In this document: piece by piece, positions 35,446 through 49,512 of the stretch
Position numbering within the stretch: position 1 is the first letter of the stretch
How the letters are laid out: every line of letters starts with the position of its first letter
Source of the DNA: Scyliorhinus canicula
Taxonomy: Eukaryota
NCBI RefSeq assembly: GCF_902713615.1
Contig: NC_052158.1
Coordinates: 36,819,729-36,883,728, forward strand
Reading direction: 5' to 3'
DNA: 64,000 bases
Notes under the pieces: generated by a model
What the model was told of the DNA's origin: nothing
Database searches by the model: none
What the model saw: only the letters and a program-made list of their open reading frames with translations
Position numbers and translations under genes: made by a program

Positions 35446-36679
35446 CTCAGAGTAAGGGGGAGAAAAGAACGGGATGGCAGTTACTGGTGGAGCCTGCTAC
35501 AGTTCCCTCTGAATTCCTACCCTCGCATTGTCTGGTATGCCAGCCAGGCTCAGTCGTGTGTTTTTTCCGGGTGCTCCGGTTTTTTTCCCACAATCCAAAG
35601 ATATGCAGGTTAGCGATGCTAAATTGATTATCGGTAGGATTATAGGGATAGAGTGGGCCTAGGTAGGGTGTTCTTTCAGTGTGTCGGTGCAGAATCATTG
35701 GGCCAAATGTTCTCTGCACTGTAGGGAATGTATAAAAATCAATGAATGATACAAGACAGCCTCTCAGCCTATTTTGCCTGTTCCAACTCTTTGGATGCAC
35801 AATCCAATTAGTCCGCACTACCCCATCCCAATAGCTCTGGAAACATTTCCCCTTCAGCTATTTTTCAGATTTCCTTACAAATTATGAATGTTCAATCTGC
35901 GCTTTCTGTCTTCAGTTAGTTAAAACCAAATCACAAGAAATCACTTTGTAAACAAAAAAAATCATCATCTCCCCAGGTTCTAGTATTTATCTGATTCACT
36001 TTTGGTCTTCAACTTGATTTTGGGAGATCCAGAAATCCGTGATTGCAAATTTATGCAAGGGAGCATGTGCAATTTCCCAGGCCTTGTTGTAAGATCTATT
36101 TCTCTTTTTCCAGGTTTTCACTTTTGATTATGTGAACTGACGGGGTTGACTCTAGAAATTCAGCTGCAGTTGTGACCTTGATAACATCTCCACATCAGTG
36201 TTTTGTCTTCCTGTTTTCCAGACACCAAAGAGTAAGTTTCTGTTAGTGTGATATATTTGCTAACTCCAAGTCTGGCAAAGTCTTGTTTTTGGCTAATTCC
36301 TAATTGTGTTCAAATTGCTTTATGGTCTCATTCCATCCTGGAAATTTGTGCAGCTTTACAAATCTCTTACCCATCTTCAAATTCCTTCATGGCCTTGTTT
36401 CTCCCCGTTTCTGCCATCTCCTCCAGCCTCACAACTCTCAGATCTTCGCATTCTTCCACTTTGTTTTGTTTCATTACCCAGATTTCCTTCACTTCACCAT
36501 TAGGTGCTGTATTTTACAGCTGGCCAGTGCTACATCTTGTTAATTTCTTCCCTATACCTCTTCATCTGGTATCACCCTACACAATAGTGTCAAAATCTGA
36601 TAAGTGCTTCTGTGAAATGCTTTGGGATGTTTGACAATGCTTTAAAAAGTGCGATTACAACTCGCTCGTGTGCCGGAAG

Positions 36680-37987
36680 TGTATTATGGGAGAGGCATTT
36701 TCAGAACCCCAAAATGTATCAATGAGGAGTTCAACCAACCTCCCCTTTCAATGTATTGTTGCTTTTGAAGCACATGGCTTGTTCTCCAGGTGTGGTATTA
36801 CAATTATGGACACGTGAGTTTTTAAACATAATGGAACGTTACTCCTCTCGCCCTGAATTCCACATATCACCACCTTTTCTGGCAACATTCTTCCCAAACC
36901 ACACAATTCTTCATCTCTTACCATTAAAGATTGACTGGCCCCTGTATCTCTTAAAATTGTGACTTCTTTACCTGCTCCTCCTGATACACATGAGTAAACT
37001 TTACCCACACAAGTAAATTCTTTAAAGACATCTGGCATCTTCTTAACAATTACTTCTTGAACAGGCTGTACAATCGTTTGTACCTCCTTCGCTTCCCTTG
37101 GGCTTTCCTTTACCACTCCAACAAATCCTACTATCTTATCCTGTTTTACCACATCAGCCTTCCCAGTGCTTTTCTTCAACCACCAACACTGTGACTTTAC
37201 ATGGCCTAGTTTATTACAGTGAAAACATTTGAAACTTTTCATCTCTTTTCCACCCTCCTGGATTTCATTTTTAATCTGAGGTACACTCTCTTTATTGTCT
37301 CCCATCAGATCACCTTCATCTTTACCACTTGAGTATTTCTCATGTCCCCAGTTTCTATCCCTCACTGGCTGAAACTGATGTCGGAAACCAATCTTTGATT
37401 TATGAACTAATTCATAATCATTGCCATTTCTGCTGCTAATCTCACAGTTTTAACCCTCTGTTCTTCCACATGAGTTCTCACTACATCAGGAATTGAATTT
37501 TTAAACTCCTGCAAAAGTATAATTTCTCTGAGAGCTTCATACGTTTGGTCTATTTTCAAAGCCATTATCCACCTATCAAAATTACTCTGTTTGAGCCTTT
37601 CAAACTCCATGTATGTTTGACCAAATTATTTCCTTAAATTTCTACAACACTAAATAATCCCTCAAAATGTTCCTTCAAACCTCCAAAATACTTCATCTTT
37701 AACAACAGAAACACATCAGGTTAAATACATTACTATTATGAGTTTGAATCACCCAAATTATTCAGAGATAGTCTTTCATGGCAGAGATCATAGCAGATCC
37801 AGCTCACTGCAAACACAGACACACCCAAGCTCTTTTTCTTCATGCAGCTCTCAGCAAACCAGCCAGGCACTTTTCAGCTGCTCTCTCAAACTGAAACTAA
37901 AAGCATCACTTAAGTAATATGAGCTGCTCTATTTCTTAAAGGCGCATTGCTTAAACATCCATTTCTTAAAGGTACCCTCACATGACA
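36680..37987 (-). mobile_element. Internally deleted Gypsy (Gmr1-like) element: LTR pieces plus gag/protease
   Basis: SCAN-like FDRWIMAL..LREIILLQEFKNSIPDVVRTHVEE (37407-37610), CCHC knuckle CFHCNKLGHVKSQC and protease ILRDTGASQS (36748-37365). TG start at 37987. A second gag-like relic lies at ~38000-38600. Confidence 0.75.
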
Positions 37988-39164
37988 CTCCCGAATGTGA
38001 CTGTTTCATTATGGTTCCTCCGTGAGTGGATAACTGAATCTTTTCTCACAGTCCTCACATTTCCACGGTTTCTCCGTGGTGCGGGTGTCCTTGTGTCTAT
38101 TTAGGCTGAACAATCCGTTGAAGCCCTGTCCACACAGAAAACACTTAACAGTTTGTTTGCCTGCTGTGAATGATGCAGTATTATTTCAGATTGTGTAAAT
38201 GATTTAAACTCTTTTTTCATAGTCAGTGCATTGGAACACTCTCACTCTATCCAATGTGTATGTCACAGTACTTTTTCAGTCACACACATGCTTGAAATCC
38301 ATTTTTCCCAAACGAAACAGTCTTGAATTTCTCCATCAACAATTTGCCCCTTCTTTAAAAGGAGTTTACAAAGGCCATTACAATTGCAGCATAGAAATTC
38401 AGAATGACAATTCTAGTTTCTCCAGAAAATTATTTCTCTCTTCTTTCTCCAAAGGGTAAATCCATGTCTATCACACTCTCTCCGTGTGTTAAAATCCAAA
38501 CTCATAATATCATCTTCAACAGTTGACTTTCAGTTGACTTTTGCCCACTTCAATTTTTCACTTGCCACTTTCTCTCAAATATGTGACCCCTGTGCTTGAT
38601 CTGCATGCATGAACCTCAACAGTAAGTGTTGAAGGGCTAATCTACTGTCCTCAGCTGATGAGTGTAACCAATCCAAATCTGACATCAAGAGAAACTCCTA
38701 GCTGGTTTAGCACAGTGGGCTAAATAGCTGGCTTGCAATGCAGAACAATGCCAGCAGCGCGGGTTCAATTCCCGTACCGGCATCACCGTAAAGGCGGCGG
38801 AATGTGGCGACTAATAAGCAATTACTATTATTAGCAGAAAGTCCAGGAAAACAAAATCCAAACAAATATTAAAATGTTTTGTTGAGAAAAGAAATTGCTG
38901 CTAACTTTTAAAAGATAACTTGTTGAACTGCAGTTCACACTGGCTCACCAGACTGACCAACTTGGGTTCCACCTCTCGCGAACTGCAATTGGTTGCGGAA
39001 CATGTTCTGTGGTTGGCCCTCCAGGCTCTTAACAATCTTCCTGATGGTTCACAGGACAATCGCTCATCACTCACCAAACTTTCCACCTGCATTTGAGGTT
39101 CAGATTAGGAGAACAAATTAGGCCATGAATCAGAGTTGGGGAAAAGCAAACTGGGGTAATAAAG

Positions 39165-39610
39165 ATGTCCAAAGATGTGCAGGTTAGGTGGAGTGGCTAT
39201 GCTAAATTGCCCCTTAGTCTCCAGGGTATAGTTACAGAGAGTGGTCCCACGTAGAGTTCTCTTTCCGAGGGTTGGTGCAGACACGATGGGCCGATGGCCT
39301 CCTTGTGGCACAATTGCTTCACAGCTCCAGGGTCCCAGGTTCGATTCCCGGCTTGGGTCACTGTCTGTGCTGAGTCTGCACATTCTCCCTGTGTGTGCGT
39401 GGGTTTCCTCCGCGTGCTCCGGTTTCCTCCCACAATCCAAAAGATGTGCAGGTTAGGTGGATTGACCATGGTAAATTGCCCTTAGTGTTAGGTGGGGTTA
39501 CTGGGTTATGGGGATAGGATGGAGGTGTGGACCTGGGTAGGGTGCTCTTTCCAAGAGCCAATGCAAACTCGATGGGCCGAATGGCCTCCTGCACTGTAAA
39601 TTCTATGATA
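39165..39610 (+). mobile_element. SINE 3' fragment followed by a near-full HE1-like SINE
   Basis: The core/tail occurs twice in tandem; the second copy has a ggttcgattccc B-box. Confidence 0.75.
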
Positions 39611-42600
39611 TGACATTTCCCTCACAATAACAGCAACATACCATTTGCCTTCCTTATCACTTGTATGCTTATTTTTTGTGATTCATGTACCAGGACACAG
39701 AATCCCTCTGTATCAAAGAATTATTAAATCTCTCCCATTTAAGAAATATACTGTTTTATCGGTCCTGTCAAATGGTCAAGTTAACAATTTTCCACATTAT
39801 ACCCCATCTGCCAAATGTTTGTCCGTTCACTTAACTTATCTATATCGCTTTGTAGACTAGACTCTTTATGTCCTCTTCACAACTAACATTTCTACATGTC
39901 TTTGTATCACCAGCAAATATTGCAGCCATGCACTCGATCCAATCATGCAAGCCATTGAAATAGATTGTGACATTTTTAAAATATAAATTTAGAGTACCAA
40001 TTATTTTTTTCCAATTAAGGGGCAATTTAGATGGCCAATCCACCTACCCTGCACATCTTTGGGTTGTGGGGGCGAAACCCATGCAAACTGGGATAATGTG
40101 CAAACTCCACCCAGAGCAGGGATCGAACCTGGGACCTCAGCACCGTGAGGCAGCAATGCTAACCACTGCACCAACATGCTGCCCAGTTTGTGACGTTTTG
40201 AGGTCAGCACTGATGCCTGTACCACACCCCTGGTCACATCTTGCCATCCTAAAATTGACCCGTTTATCCTTACACTCTCTTTCCTGTTAGCTGACCTATC
40301 TTTTATCGATGCTAATATATTACTCCCATACCATGGTTTTGCAGACTGACCTTTTATGTGGCACCTTGTGAAATGCCTTTTGGAAATCCAAGTACCACAG
40401 CTACAGGTTCCCTTTTATCCATGATGCTTGTTATTCCCTCAAAGAACTCCAATACTTTTGTCAACTACTATTTCCTTCTCACAAAACCATGTTGGCTCTG
40501 CCTGATTGCATAACGGTTTTCGAAGTGACCTGTTATAACCTGCTCCATTATAGATTTTAGCATTTTCCTCATTTCGAAAGATGGGGGTGGATCTTATTGA
40601 AGCTTACAGGATACAGAGGCCTGGATAGAGTGAACATGGAGGGGAGATTTACACTAGTAGGAAAAACTATAACCGGAGGGCACAGCCTCAGACTAAAGGG
40701 ACAATCCTTTAACACTGAGATGAGGAGGAATTTCTTCAGCCAGAGGTGGTGAATCTGTGGAACCCTTTGCGGCAGAAGGCTGTAGAGGCCAAATCACTGA
40801 GTATCTTTAAGACAGAGATAGATAGGTTATTGATTAATAAGTGGTTATGGGGAGAAGGCAGGAGAATGAAGATGAGGAAAATATCAGCTATGATTGAATG
40901 GTGGAGCAGATTTGATAGGCTAATGGCCCAATCTGCTGCTCTGTCTTATGGATGACAGATGTTTGCCTAACTTTTGGTCACCCCCAACCACAAATAAAGG
41001 AGTTACATTTGCTGTTTCCAATCTGATGGGACCGTTCCAGAATCTAGGAAATTTTGGAAAATTTAAACCAATGCATCAACCATCTCAGCAGCAACTTCAT
41101 TTAAGATTCTACGATGAAGTTCATCAGGACCTGGGGACTTGTCAGCCCCTAGTTTGAATGATTTTCTCAACAATCTTTCCCTCCTGGAACATACAGTGCA
41201 GAAGGAGGCCATTCGGCCCATCGAGTCTGCACCGACCCACCTAAGCCCTCACTTCCACCTGATCCCCGTAACCCAATAACCCCATCTCACCTCACTCTGT
41301 TTCAAGCCATGATGTAAATTTATTTCTGGGAGGTTGTTTGTGTCGTCTTCAGTGAGGACAGACACAAAATATTTGCTTTGTGCATCTCCCATTATCTGGG
41401 GCTAGTTTAGCACAGGGCTAAATCGTTGGCTTTGCAAACAGACCAAGCCAGGCCAGCAGCATGGTTAAAATTCCTGTACCAGCCTCCCCGAACAGGTGCC
41501 GGAATGTGGCGACGAGAGGCTGTTCACAGTAACTCCTTTTGAAGCCTACTTGTGATTTTCATTTCATTTCTTAATTTGCCATTAGCAACACCACAGAGAA
41601 ATCGAGAGATCCACTGCTCAGTTTAGTTTCAATTTTCCTTTATACAGATCTGTAGAAACTCTTGCTGTCTATTTTTATATTCTAGCTAGCTTTCTGTTTT
41701 AGTCTACTCACTGTTACTCTCTGCTTTCTGTCTTGAAACTAACTTGAAAAAAAAAATCGCTTATTGTCACGAGTAGGCTTCAATGAAGTTGCTGTGAAAA
41801 GCCCCTGGTCGCCACATTCCAGCGCCTGTATGGGGCGGTTGGTACGGGAATCGAACTGTGCTGCTGGCCTGCTTGGTCTGCTTTAAAAGACAGCGATTTA
41901 GCCCACTGAGCTAAACCAGCCACTTGCCATCAATTCTGCTATCTGACCCTCGACCCCACATTGTGCACTAATGAATATGGTTGGACAATGTGACGCATTA
42001 TCTGAAGCCTTTTGAAAGTCGGGGCACAATTTAACTAAATGAGGACAAAGTCCCAGAGCGAGTGCGTTTAGCCACTTGTTCCCTGGTGCTACAAACTGCG
42101 ACTCACATTTAATAAGGGACTTTGACGGAGAACGTGCAGCCGAGGCTGCAAAAAACCCCCATTTTGTACACTGAGGAGCTCCGCTCACTGGAAACCCTCA
42201 GTGTAGTAAGAAATCAAGACTCCTATTTTAAATGGCATCGTGATCCCTGAGGCCCCCAAAGCGATCCCTGACCCTCCCTCCACAAGACCCAACACACTTT
42301 CGGAGGTTCCCCGGCACCTGCAACACTCCACTGCACCAGCAGTGCCAGGATACAACCCACCTCTAAAGGCATGCACCTGGAACCTCTGATCCCCTGGGAG
42401 GCCCCCCACGGGTGCAGTTCCGTCTGGTTCCTGTTTCTGGAGAGCAAAGTTTCCAAGGTGAAGGAGACAGATCCCAGGCCTTGGGTAATTCGGGAATCTG
42501 CACAATAAAGTGAAACTAAATATCTTGCTTTAACACGCAGATTTGCGGAAAGGTGATCCCGCCTTCAATCTCGCGAGGTATTGCGAGCCGGGTAGATTGC

Positions 42601-42911
42601 TGGAGCGCGGTCTCCTGGCTATTATCGGCCACACTGCCGTGGCGAGCAGCCTTTTGAGTGCATCGTGGTCATTTGAATGAATCATTGCATTACCCTTGTC
42701 CTCTGACTGTTCTATCTTGAAATAATTCAATGAGATTGGTCAAGTAAGATTTGTCGGAGCGGAACAGTGGTTAGCACTGCTGCCTCACAGCGCCGAGGAC
42801 CTGTATTCGATCCTGGCCCCGGGCCACTGTCCGTGTGGAGTTTGAAAACTCTCCTCTTGTCTGCATGCGTCTCATCCTCACGATCCAAAGATGTTTGGGA
42901 TTGGCCACGCT

Positions 42912-45900
42912 GTCTTCCGGTGGTGGCTATGAGGGAGTAAGTCGCACATTTGGTGGCTCTCAAAGTCCGGTTGGACTTTTGAACCTTTTTCTCTGACATT
43001 TTTGTACTTTTGAGCGCTGGATCTGAAAGACATAGGCACTCAGGCACTGACTCCAGATATAGGTGTATGGAATTAAGAATCAGAAAGAAGTGGGAAAACT
43101 GAAATTGAAAATCGCTCATTGTCACAAGTAGGCTTCAAATGAAGTTACTGTAAAAAGCCCCTAGTCGCCACATTCCGGTGCATGTTTGGGGAGGCTGGTA
43201 TGGGAATTGAACTGTGCTGCTGGCCTGCCTTGGGCTGCTTTCAAAGCCAGCGATTTAGCTGTGCTAAACCAGCCCCAGTAAGGGCAGTGCAGAAGCTGCT
43301 GCTGAGGACAATATGGCCGATGTCCAACCCCGGTGCAGACAGCCCAGCCAACAATGGAGCATCTGCTGAATGTCATCCAAGAGGGCTTTACCGCGCTGAA
43401 ACGGGACAGTTTAGACCCGATTCAGAAATCAATCGGGTGCCTGGAGCACAGGCTGGATGCCCAGGATCGGACGATCCAGAAGCTGGAAAAGGTGCTGGAG
43501 GAGCAGGAGAAACACCAAACGGAGGTGGAGATGGAGAGGCTGAAAGACCAACAAAAAAGTCTTCTGGAAAAGGTGGAGAACCTGGAAAATAGGTCCTCTC
43601 GGCAGAATTTGAGAATCGTTGGTCTCCCAGAGGGGGCTGAGGGAGAGGCTGCCGCCGCGTATATGGCAGACATGTTCCAGAAGCTATTGGGGGATGATGT
43701 CTTCCCGTGCCCGTTGGAGGTGGACACGGCGCACAGAGCACTGGTGAGGCAGCCGCGAGTGCCCCCCCCCCCCCCCCCCCCCCCCGGTCGCCCCCAACCC
43801 CCACCTGAGCGATGTTGGTCAGATTCCACAGATTCCTGGACATGGAGTGGGAGCTACAGTGGACCAAGCGCACACGGAGCTGCTATTGGAATAATAATGT
43901 CTCGTGCATCTACAGGACCTGAGCGTGGAGGTGGCCAGGCAAGTCAAAGAGATTCTGTTGAAGAAGCAGGTGATGTTTGGGTTGCTATACCCCGCGCCCC
44001 TTTTGGTCACGCACGAGGACTGGCACCATTACTTTGAGGAGTCCGTGGACTCGATGGACTTCGCCAAGAGAGAAGGACTGGTGCCGAACTGAGGACTTTG
44101 TGGGCTTGAGTTTGAAAAGTCACAAAGCGATGTTTACATGTTTTTCTTGTGTTGTTTTTGCTTTTCTCTTCTGTACTCGAGCTTTCGCTGAAAAAGAGGG
44201 TAATTAAGTTATTTGGTGCTGGGGGCTTTTTGTGTTCTGATCGGGGTGGCTGGAAGTGCCTATTACTTATTTTGTTTTATTTGATTTGCACTCGCGTCGG
44301 GGTTTTCTTTGGGTTTTTTTCAGAGCAATTTCTCGAGGATGGCTGGTTTGGGGGTGGTGTTGATGGGCGGGTGGATGGGTCAGAGGGAACAATAGGTGGG
44401 AGACCTGTTGGCGTCGGAGTCGAGAGTCACCAGGCTAGCTGGGTGAGCTGGTCTACGGAAGCCAGGTGGCGGTGTGTACATAGCTAGTTTATGGCAGGGG
44501 TTAGGTTAGAGGGTGCTGTTGCTGGGGGGGGGGGGGGGGGGGGGGGGGGGAAGGGGGGGCGAAGGAGGTAGTTCTCTGCTGACGGGGGGGGGGAGAAGGG
44601 GGTAGTTCTCTGCTGACGAGGGGGGGTACTTGTGTTTGGTAACATGGAGAAGGTCGGAGGTGGGGGCTGCCAGGTGACGGGCCAGGGGAAACACGACACG
44701 GGCTAGGGGCGGCCCCAAGAAAGGAGCTGGCTGATCGGTGAGGCACGGTGCCCCTCAACCAGGCTCTTCACCTGGAACGTTAGAGGGTTAAACGGGCCTG
44801 TGAAAAGGGCACGTGTGTTCGTGCATCTGAGGGTGCTGAAGGCGGACGTAATAATACTTAAGGAGACTCATCTGAAAGTAGCTGACCAGGTTAGATTAAG
44901 GAAGGGCTAGATTAGCCAAGTCCTCCACTCGGGGCTGGACACTAAAATCAGGGGGGGTTGCGATTTTGCTTACTAAATGGGTGAAATTCGAGGTGGATAG
45001 CACAATTTCGGATGGGGGAACGCAGATTTGTCATGGTGAGTGGCAGCTTGAGGGGATGAGGGTAGTTTTGGTCAATGTATATGCCCCAAATTGGGACAAT
45101 GTGGTTTTTATTAAGAGACAGCTGGGGAAGATACCTGACCTGGACTCGCACAGGCTGATTATGGAAGATGATTTTAACACAGTCCTTGACCCCGGCCTAG
45201 ACCGGTTGTGTTCAAAAACGGGTAAGGTGCAGGCAATGGCAAAAGAGCTGAGGGGTTTTATGGAGCAAATTGGCGGGGGCTGATCCATGGAGGGCTAGTC
45301 GGCCGACAGGGAATGAGTTATCATTCTATTCACATGTTCATAAGGTGTATTCCCAAATTGATTTTTTTTCATCATGAGCAGGGATTTGCTGGCAGGGGTG
45401 ACAGACGTAGAATATTCGGCGATCGCTATTTCGGACCATGCTCCACACTGCGTTGATCTGCAGGTCTGCAAGGAAAGCTTTCAGCACCCTCAATGGAGGC
45501 GAGAGGTTGGTTTGTTGGCGGACGAGGCGGTGTGTGAGGTGGTGAGGAAATGTATGCAAAACTATCTGCAGGTCAATGACACAGGGGAAGTCTCAGCTGC
45601 AGTGCTTTGGGAGGCGCTGAAGGCAGTGGTGAGAGGGGAGCTGATCTCGATTAGAGCGCATAGGGACAGGACGGACCGGGTAGAAACGGACTGACTGGTA
45701 AAGGAGATCTTGCAGATAGACAGGAGATATGCGGAGACCCCGAGGGAAGAACTATTAAGGGTACGATGAAGGCTACATACTGAGTTTAGGGTGTTATCCA
45801 ATGGTAAGGCTGTGGATCAGCTTAGGAAGGCGAGGGGCGCGATTTACGAGCATGGGGAGGAAGCCAGTAGAATGCTGGCACAGCAACTGAGGAAGAGGGA

Positions 45901-48900
45901 GGCGGCCAGGAAATAGGGAAGGTAGTCGATGGAGGGGGGGGGAGACTCGAGGGGATCCGACAGGGCTGAACAAGGTGTTCAGGGACTTCTAGAGTAAGCT
46001 TTACACCTCGGAACCCCCTCCGGGGCCTGAGGGGATGAGGCGCTCTGGTTGAACTGACCTTCCCAAAAGTGGGTAGGGGGTTGGTAGACGGGCTAGGGGC
46101 CCCAATTGGGACCCAAGAAATATTGGGGGGCTTGAGGGCCAGGCAATTGGGTAAAGCCCCGGGGCTGGATGGGTATCTGGTGGAATTTGATAAAACGTTC
46201 TCTGAGATAGTGCGGCCGGTGCTGGTTAGGGTTTTTAATGAGGCAAGAAACAGAGGAGTTCTACCCCCGACGAAGTCACAGGCCACCATCTACCTGATAT
46301 TGAAACGGGACAAAGACCCAGAGGCATGTGGATCTTATAGGCCGATCTCTCTGCTCAATGTAGATGCTAAAATACTGGCCAAGCTCTTGGCTGCTAGGAT
46401 TGAGGACTGTGTGCCGAACGTTATTATGGAAGATCAAACCAGGTTCGTCAAGGGCAGGCAGTTGGTGGCCAACCTAAGAAGGCTGCTGAATGTGATCATG
46501 ATGCCCCCAGAGTGTAGGGAGGCAGAGGTAGTTGTGGCAATTGATGCCGAGAAGGCTTTCAATCGGGTTGAGTGGGACTACTTATGGGATGTGCTGGGAC
46601 GATTTGGGTCCGGGAGGGCCTTATCGACTGGGTCAGACTGTTGTACCAGGCTCCGGAGACTAGTGTAAGGATGAATAGGACGACGTCTGACTATTTTAGA
46701 CTGTACCAAGGGACAAGGCAGGGGTTCCCCCTCTCCCCACTGCTGTTTGCGCCAGCAATACATCCGCTGGCAATTGCTCTTGAGAGCTTCATGGGGCTGG
46801 AAGGGGCTGGTGCGTAGGGGCTGAAACACCATAGTTTCATTGTACACCGATGACCTGCTCTTATACATCACGGATCCAGTGGCTGGGATGTATGAAATCA
46901 TGGGAACGCTGAGGGAATTCAACCGATTTTCAGGGTATAAACTGAACACGGCAAAAAGTTAGTTATTTGTAGTCCAGGCGAAAGAACACGAGGGTCGGCT
47001 GAAGGGGCTGCCGTTTAGGTTAGTAGGGGACAGTTTTAAATACTTGGGCATACAGGTGGCGCGGGACAAGGGCCGGTAAGAACTAGGAGCAGGAGTAGGC
47101 CATCTGGCCCCTCGGGCCTGCTCCGCCATTCAATGAGATCATGGCTGATCTTTTGTGGACTCAGCTTCACTTTCTGGCCCGAACACCACAACCCTTAATC
47201 TCTTTATTCTTCAAAAAACTATCTATCTACTCTTAAAAACATTTAATGAAGGAGCCTCAACTGCTTCACCGGGCAAGGAATTCCATAGATTCACAACACT
47301 TTGGGTGAAGAAATTCCTCCTAAACTCAGTCCTAAATCTACTTCCCCTTACTTTGAGGCTATGCCCCCTAGTTCTGCTTTCACCTGCCAGTGGAAACAAC
47401 CTGCCCGCATCTATCCTATCTATTTCCGTCATAATTTTATCTGTTTCTATAAGATCCCCCCTCATCCTTCTAAATTCCAACGAGTACAGTCCCCAGTCTA
47501 CTCAACCTCTCCTTGTAATCCAACTCCATCAGCTCTGGGATTAACCTAGTGAATCTTCTCTGCACCCTCCAGCGCCAGTACGTCTGTTCTCAGGTAAGGA
47601 GACCAAAACTGAACACAATACTCCAGGTGTGGCCTCACTAACACCTTATACAATTGCAACATAACCTCCCTAGTCTTAAACTCCATCCCTCTAGCAATGA
47701 AGGACAAAATTCCATTTGCCTTCTTAATCACCTGTTGCACTTGTAAACCAACCTTCTGTGACTCATGCACTAGCACATTTTGTGTGGCACATTGTCAAAG
47801 ACTTTCTGGAAACCAGATATACGACATCCATTTGCTCCCCGTTATCTGACGCACTGGTAATGTCCTCACAAAATTCCACGAAATTAGTTAGTTGCACAAG
47901 TTGAAATTTTCTCGGTTGGTGGAGCAAATGAGGGTTGAGTTCTGGAGGTGGGATGCGCTCCCACTGACACTAGCGGGGAGAGTGCAGATGGTTAAAATGA
48001 CGATCGTCCCAAGATTCTTCTTCGTATTCCAGCGTCTCCCCATTTTCATTCCGCGGTCTATTTTCAAGAAGGTCAATGAAATGATTCTGGGATTTGTGTG
48101 GGCGGGAAAGTCCCCGCGGGTGAGGAGATTGATGCTCAAGAGGAACCGGGGAAAGGGGGGCTGACGCTGCCAAACTTTAGTAATTATTACTGGTCGGCCA
48201 ACATAGCTCTGATAAGGAAGTGGATGGTGGGTGCGGGGTCAGTTTGGGGGAGGATGCAGACCGCTTTGTGCAGGGGAACCAGTTTGGCAGCCCTGGTTAC
48301 GGCGTCCATGCCATTCCCGCTGGCAAGATACTCCACCAGCCCTCTTGTGGTGGCGACTTTGCAGATCTGGGGCCAATGGAAAAGGCATGTGGGGGAAGTG
48401 AGAGCATTAGTTTGGTCCCCAATTTGCGGCAATCACCGGTTCGCCCCGGGGAATATGGACGGTGGGTTCCGAACATGGCGGAGGGCTGGGATTGAGAGGA
48501 TGGGGGATCTGTTCTTGGAAGGGAGCTACCCGAGCATGAGGGCGCTAGAGAAGAAATTTGGGCTGGCGAGAGGGAATGTTTTCAGGTACTTGCAGGTGCG
48601 GGACTTTCTACGCAGACCGATCCCATCCTTCCCACGCCTGCCACTGAGGGGGATCCAGGACAGGGTAGTGTCTAATGAATGGGTGGGGGAGGGGAGGGTC
48701 TCAGATATATACAAAGAGCTCATGGGGGCAGAGGAGGTGCAGACCGAGGTGCTGAAGCCAAAGTGGGAAGAGGAGCTCGGAGGTGAGACAGAAGAGGGCT
48801 TATGGGCGGAGTCATTGAGCAGGGTAAACGCAACCGCAACATGCGCTCGGCCCAGCCTGATTCAATTCAAGGTCGTTCACCGGGCCCACATGACAGTGGC

Positions 48901-49512
48901 CCGGACGAGTAAATTCTTTGGATTGGAGGACAGGTGCGCCAGATGTTCGGGAGGACCAGCGAACCATGTGCACATGTTCTGGGCATGTCCAAAACTCAGG
49001 GGGTACTGGCAGGGATTCGCGGAAATTATGTCCCAGGTATTGCAAACCAGGATGGCGATGAGTCCAGAGGTGGCAATTTTTGGGGTTTCGGATGACCCGG
49101 AAGTCCAGGAGGACAGAGAGGCTGACATTTTGGCCTTTGCTTCCCTGGTAGCCCGGCGATGAATTCTGCTGGCATGGAAGGACACAAAGCCCCCGGAGTC
49201 GGAGGCCTGGCTATCGGATATGGCGAGCTTTCTCGGTCTGGAGAAAATGAAGTTCACTCTGAGAGGGTCACTGTCTGTTCGCTCGTAGGTGGCAACCATT
49301 TATCGACCTCTTTGCAGAAAATTAATCGTCAGCAGGTTTGGGGGGGGGGGGGGGCAGTTAGGGCAACGTAGATTCTGGGGGTAGTTAGGCGGGTCCATGT
49401 AGGAGGAGAGCTGGTTTTTGCACTATGTTGATTGCTCTTTGCACTCTGTTTTGTATTGTTGATGTTTACTATGCCAAAAATGCCTCAACAAAGTTGTTTA
49501 TCAAAATAAATC
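42912..49512 (+). mobile_element. Full-length degenerate L1-clade LINE with a 13-bp TSD
   Basis: 5'UTR cttccggtgg; ORF1 (43067 onward, SINE inside); EN TWNVRGLNGPVKR (~44770); RT KAPGLDG..YRPISLLNVDAKIL..DAEKAFNRVEW, YTDDLL; Cys-rich CARCSGGPANHVHMFWAC. TSD gattggccacgct 42899-42911 / gattggccacact 49513-49525. Confidence 0.88.
47078..47885 (-). mobile_element. CR1 3' fragment inserted into the L1 RT
   Basis: VRPHLEYCVQFWSPYL, RRNFFTQSVVNLWNSLP; the L1 reading resumes at ~47888. Confidence 0.88.

Noticed and set aside
38650-38705. CTGATGA...GAAAC as a hammerhead or C/D-box snoRNA
   Set aside because: No convincing stem II, and too short for a C/D snoRNA.
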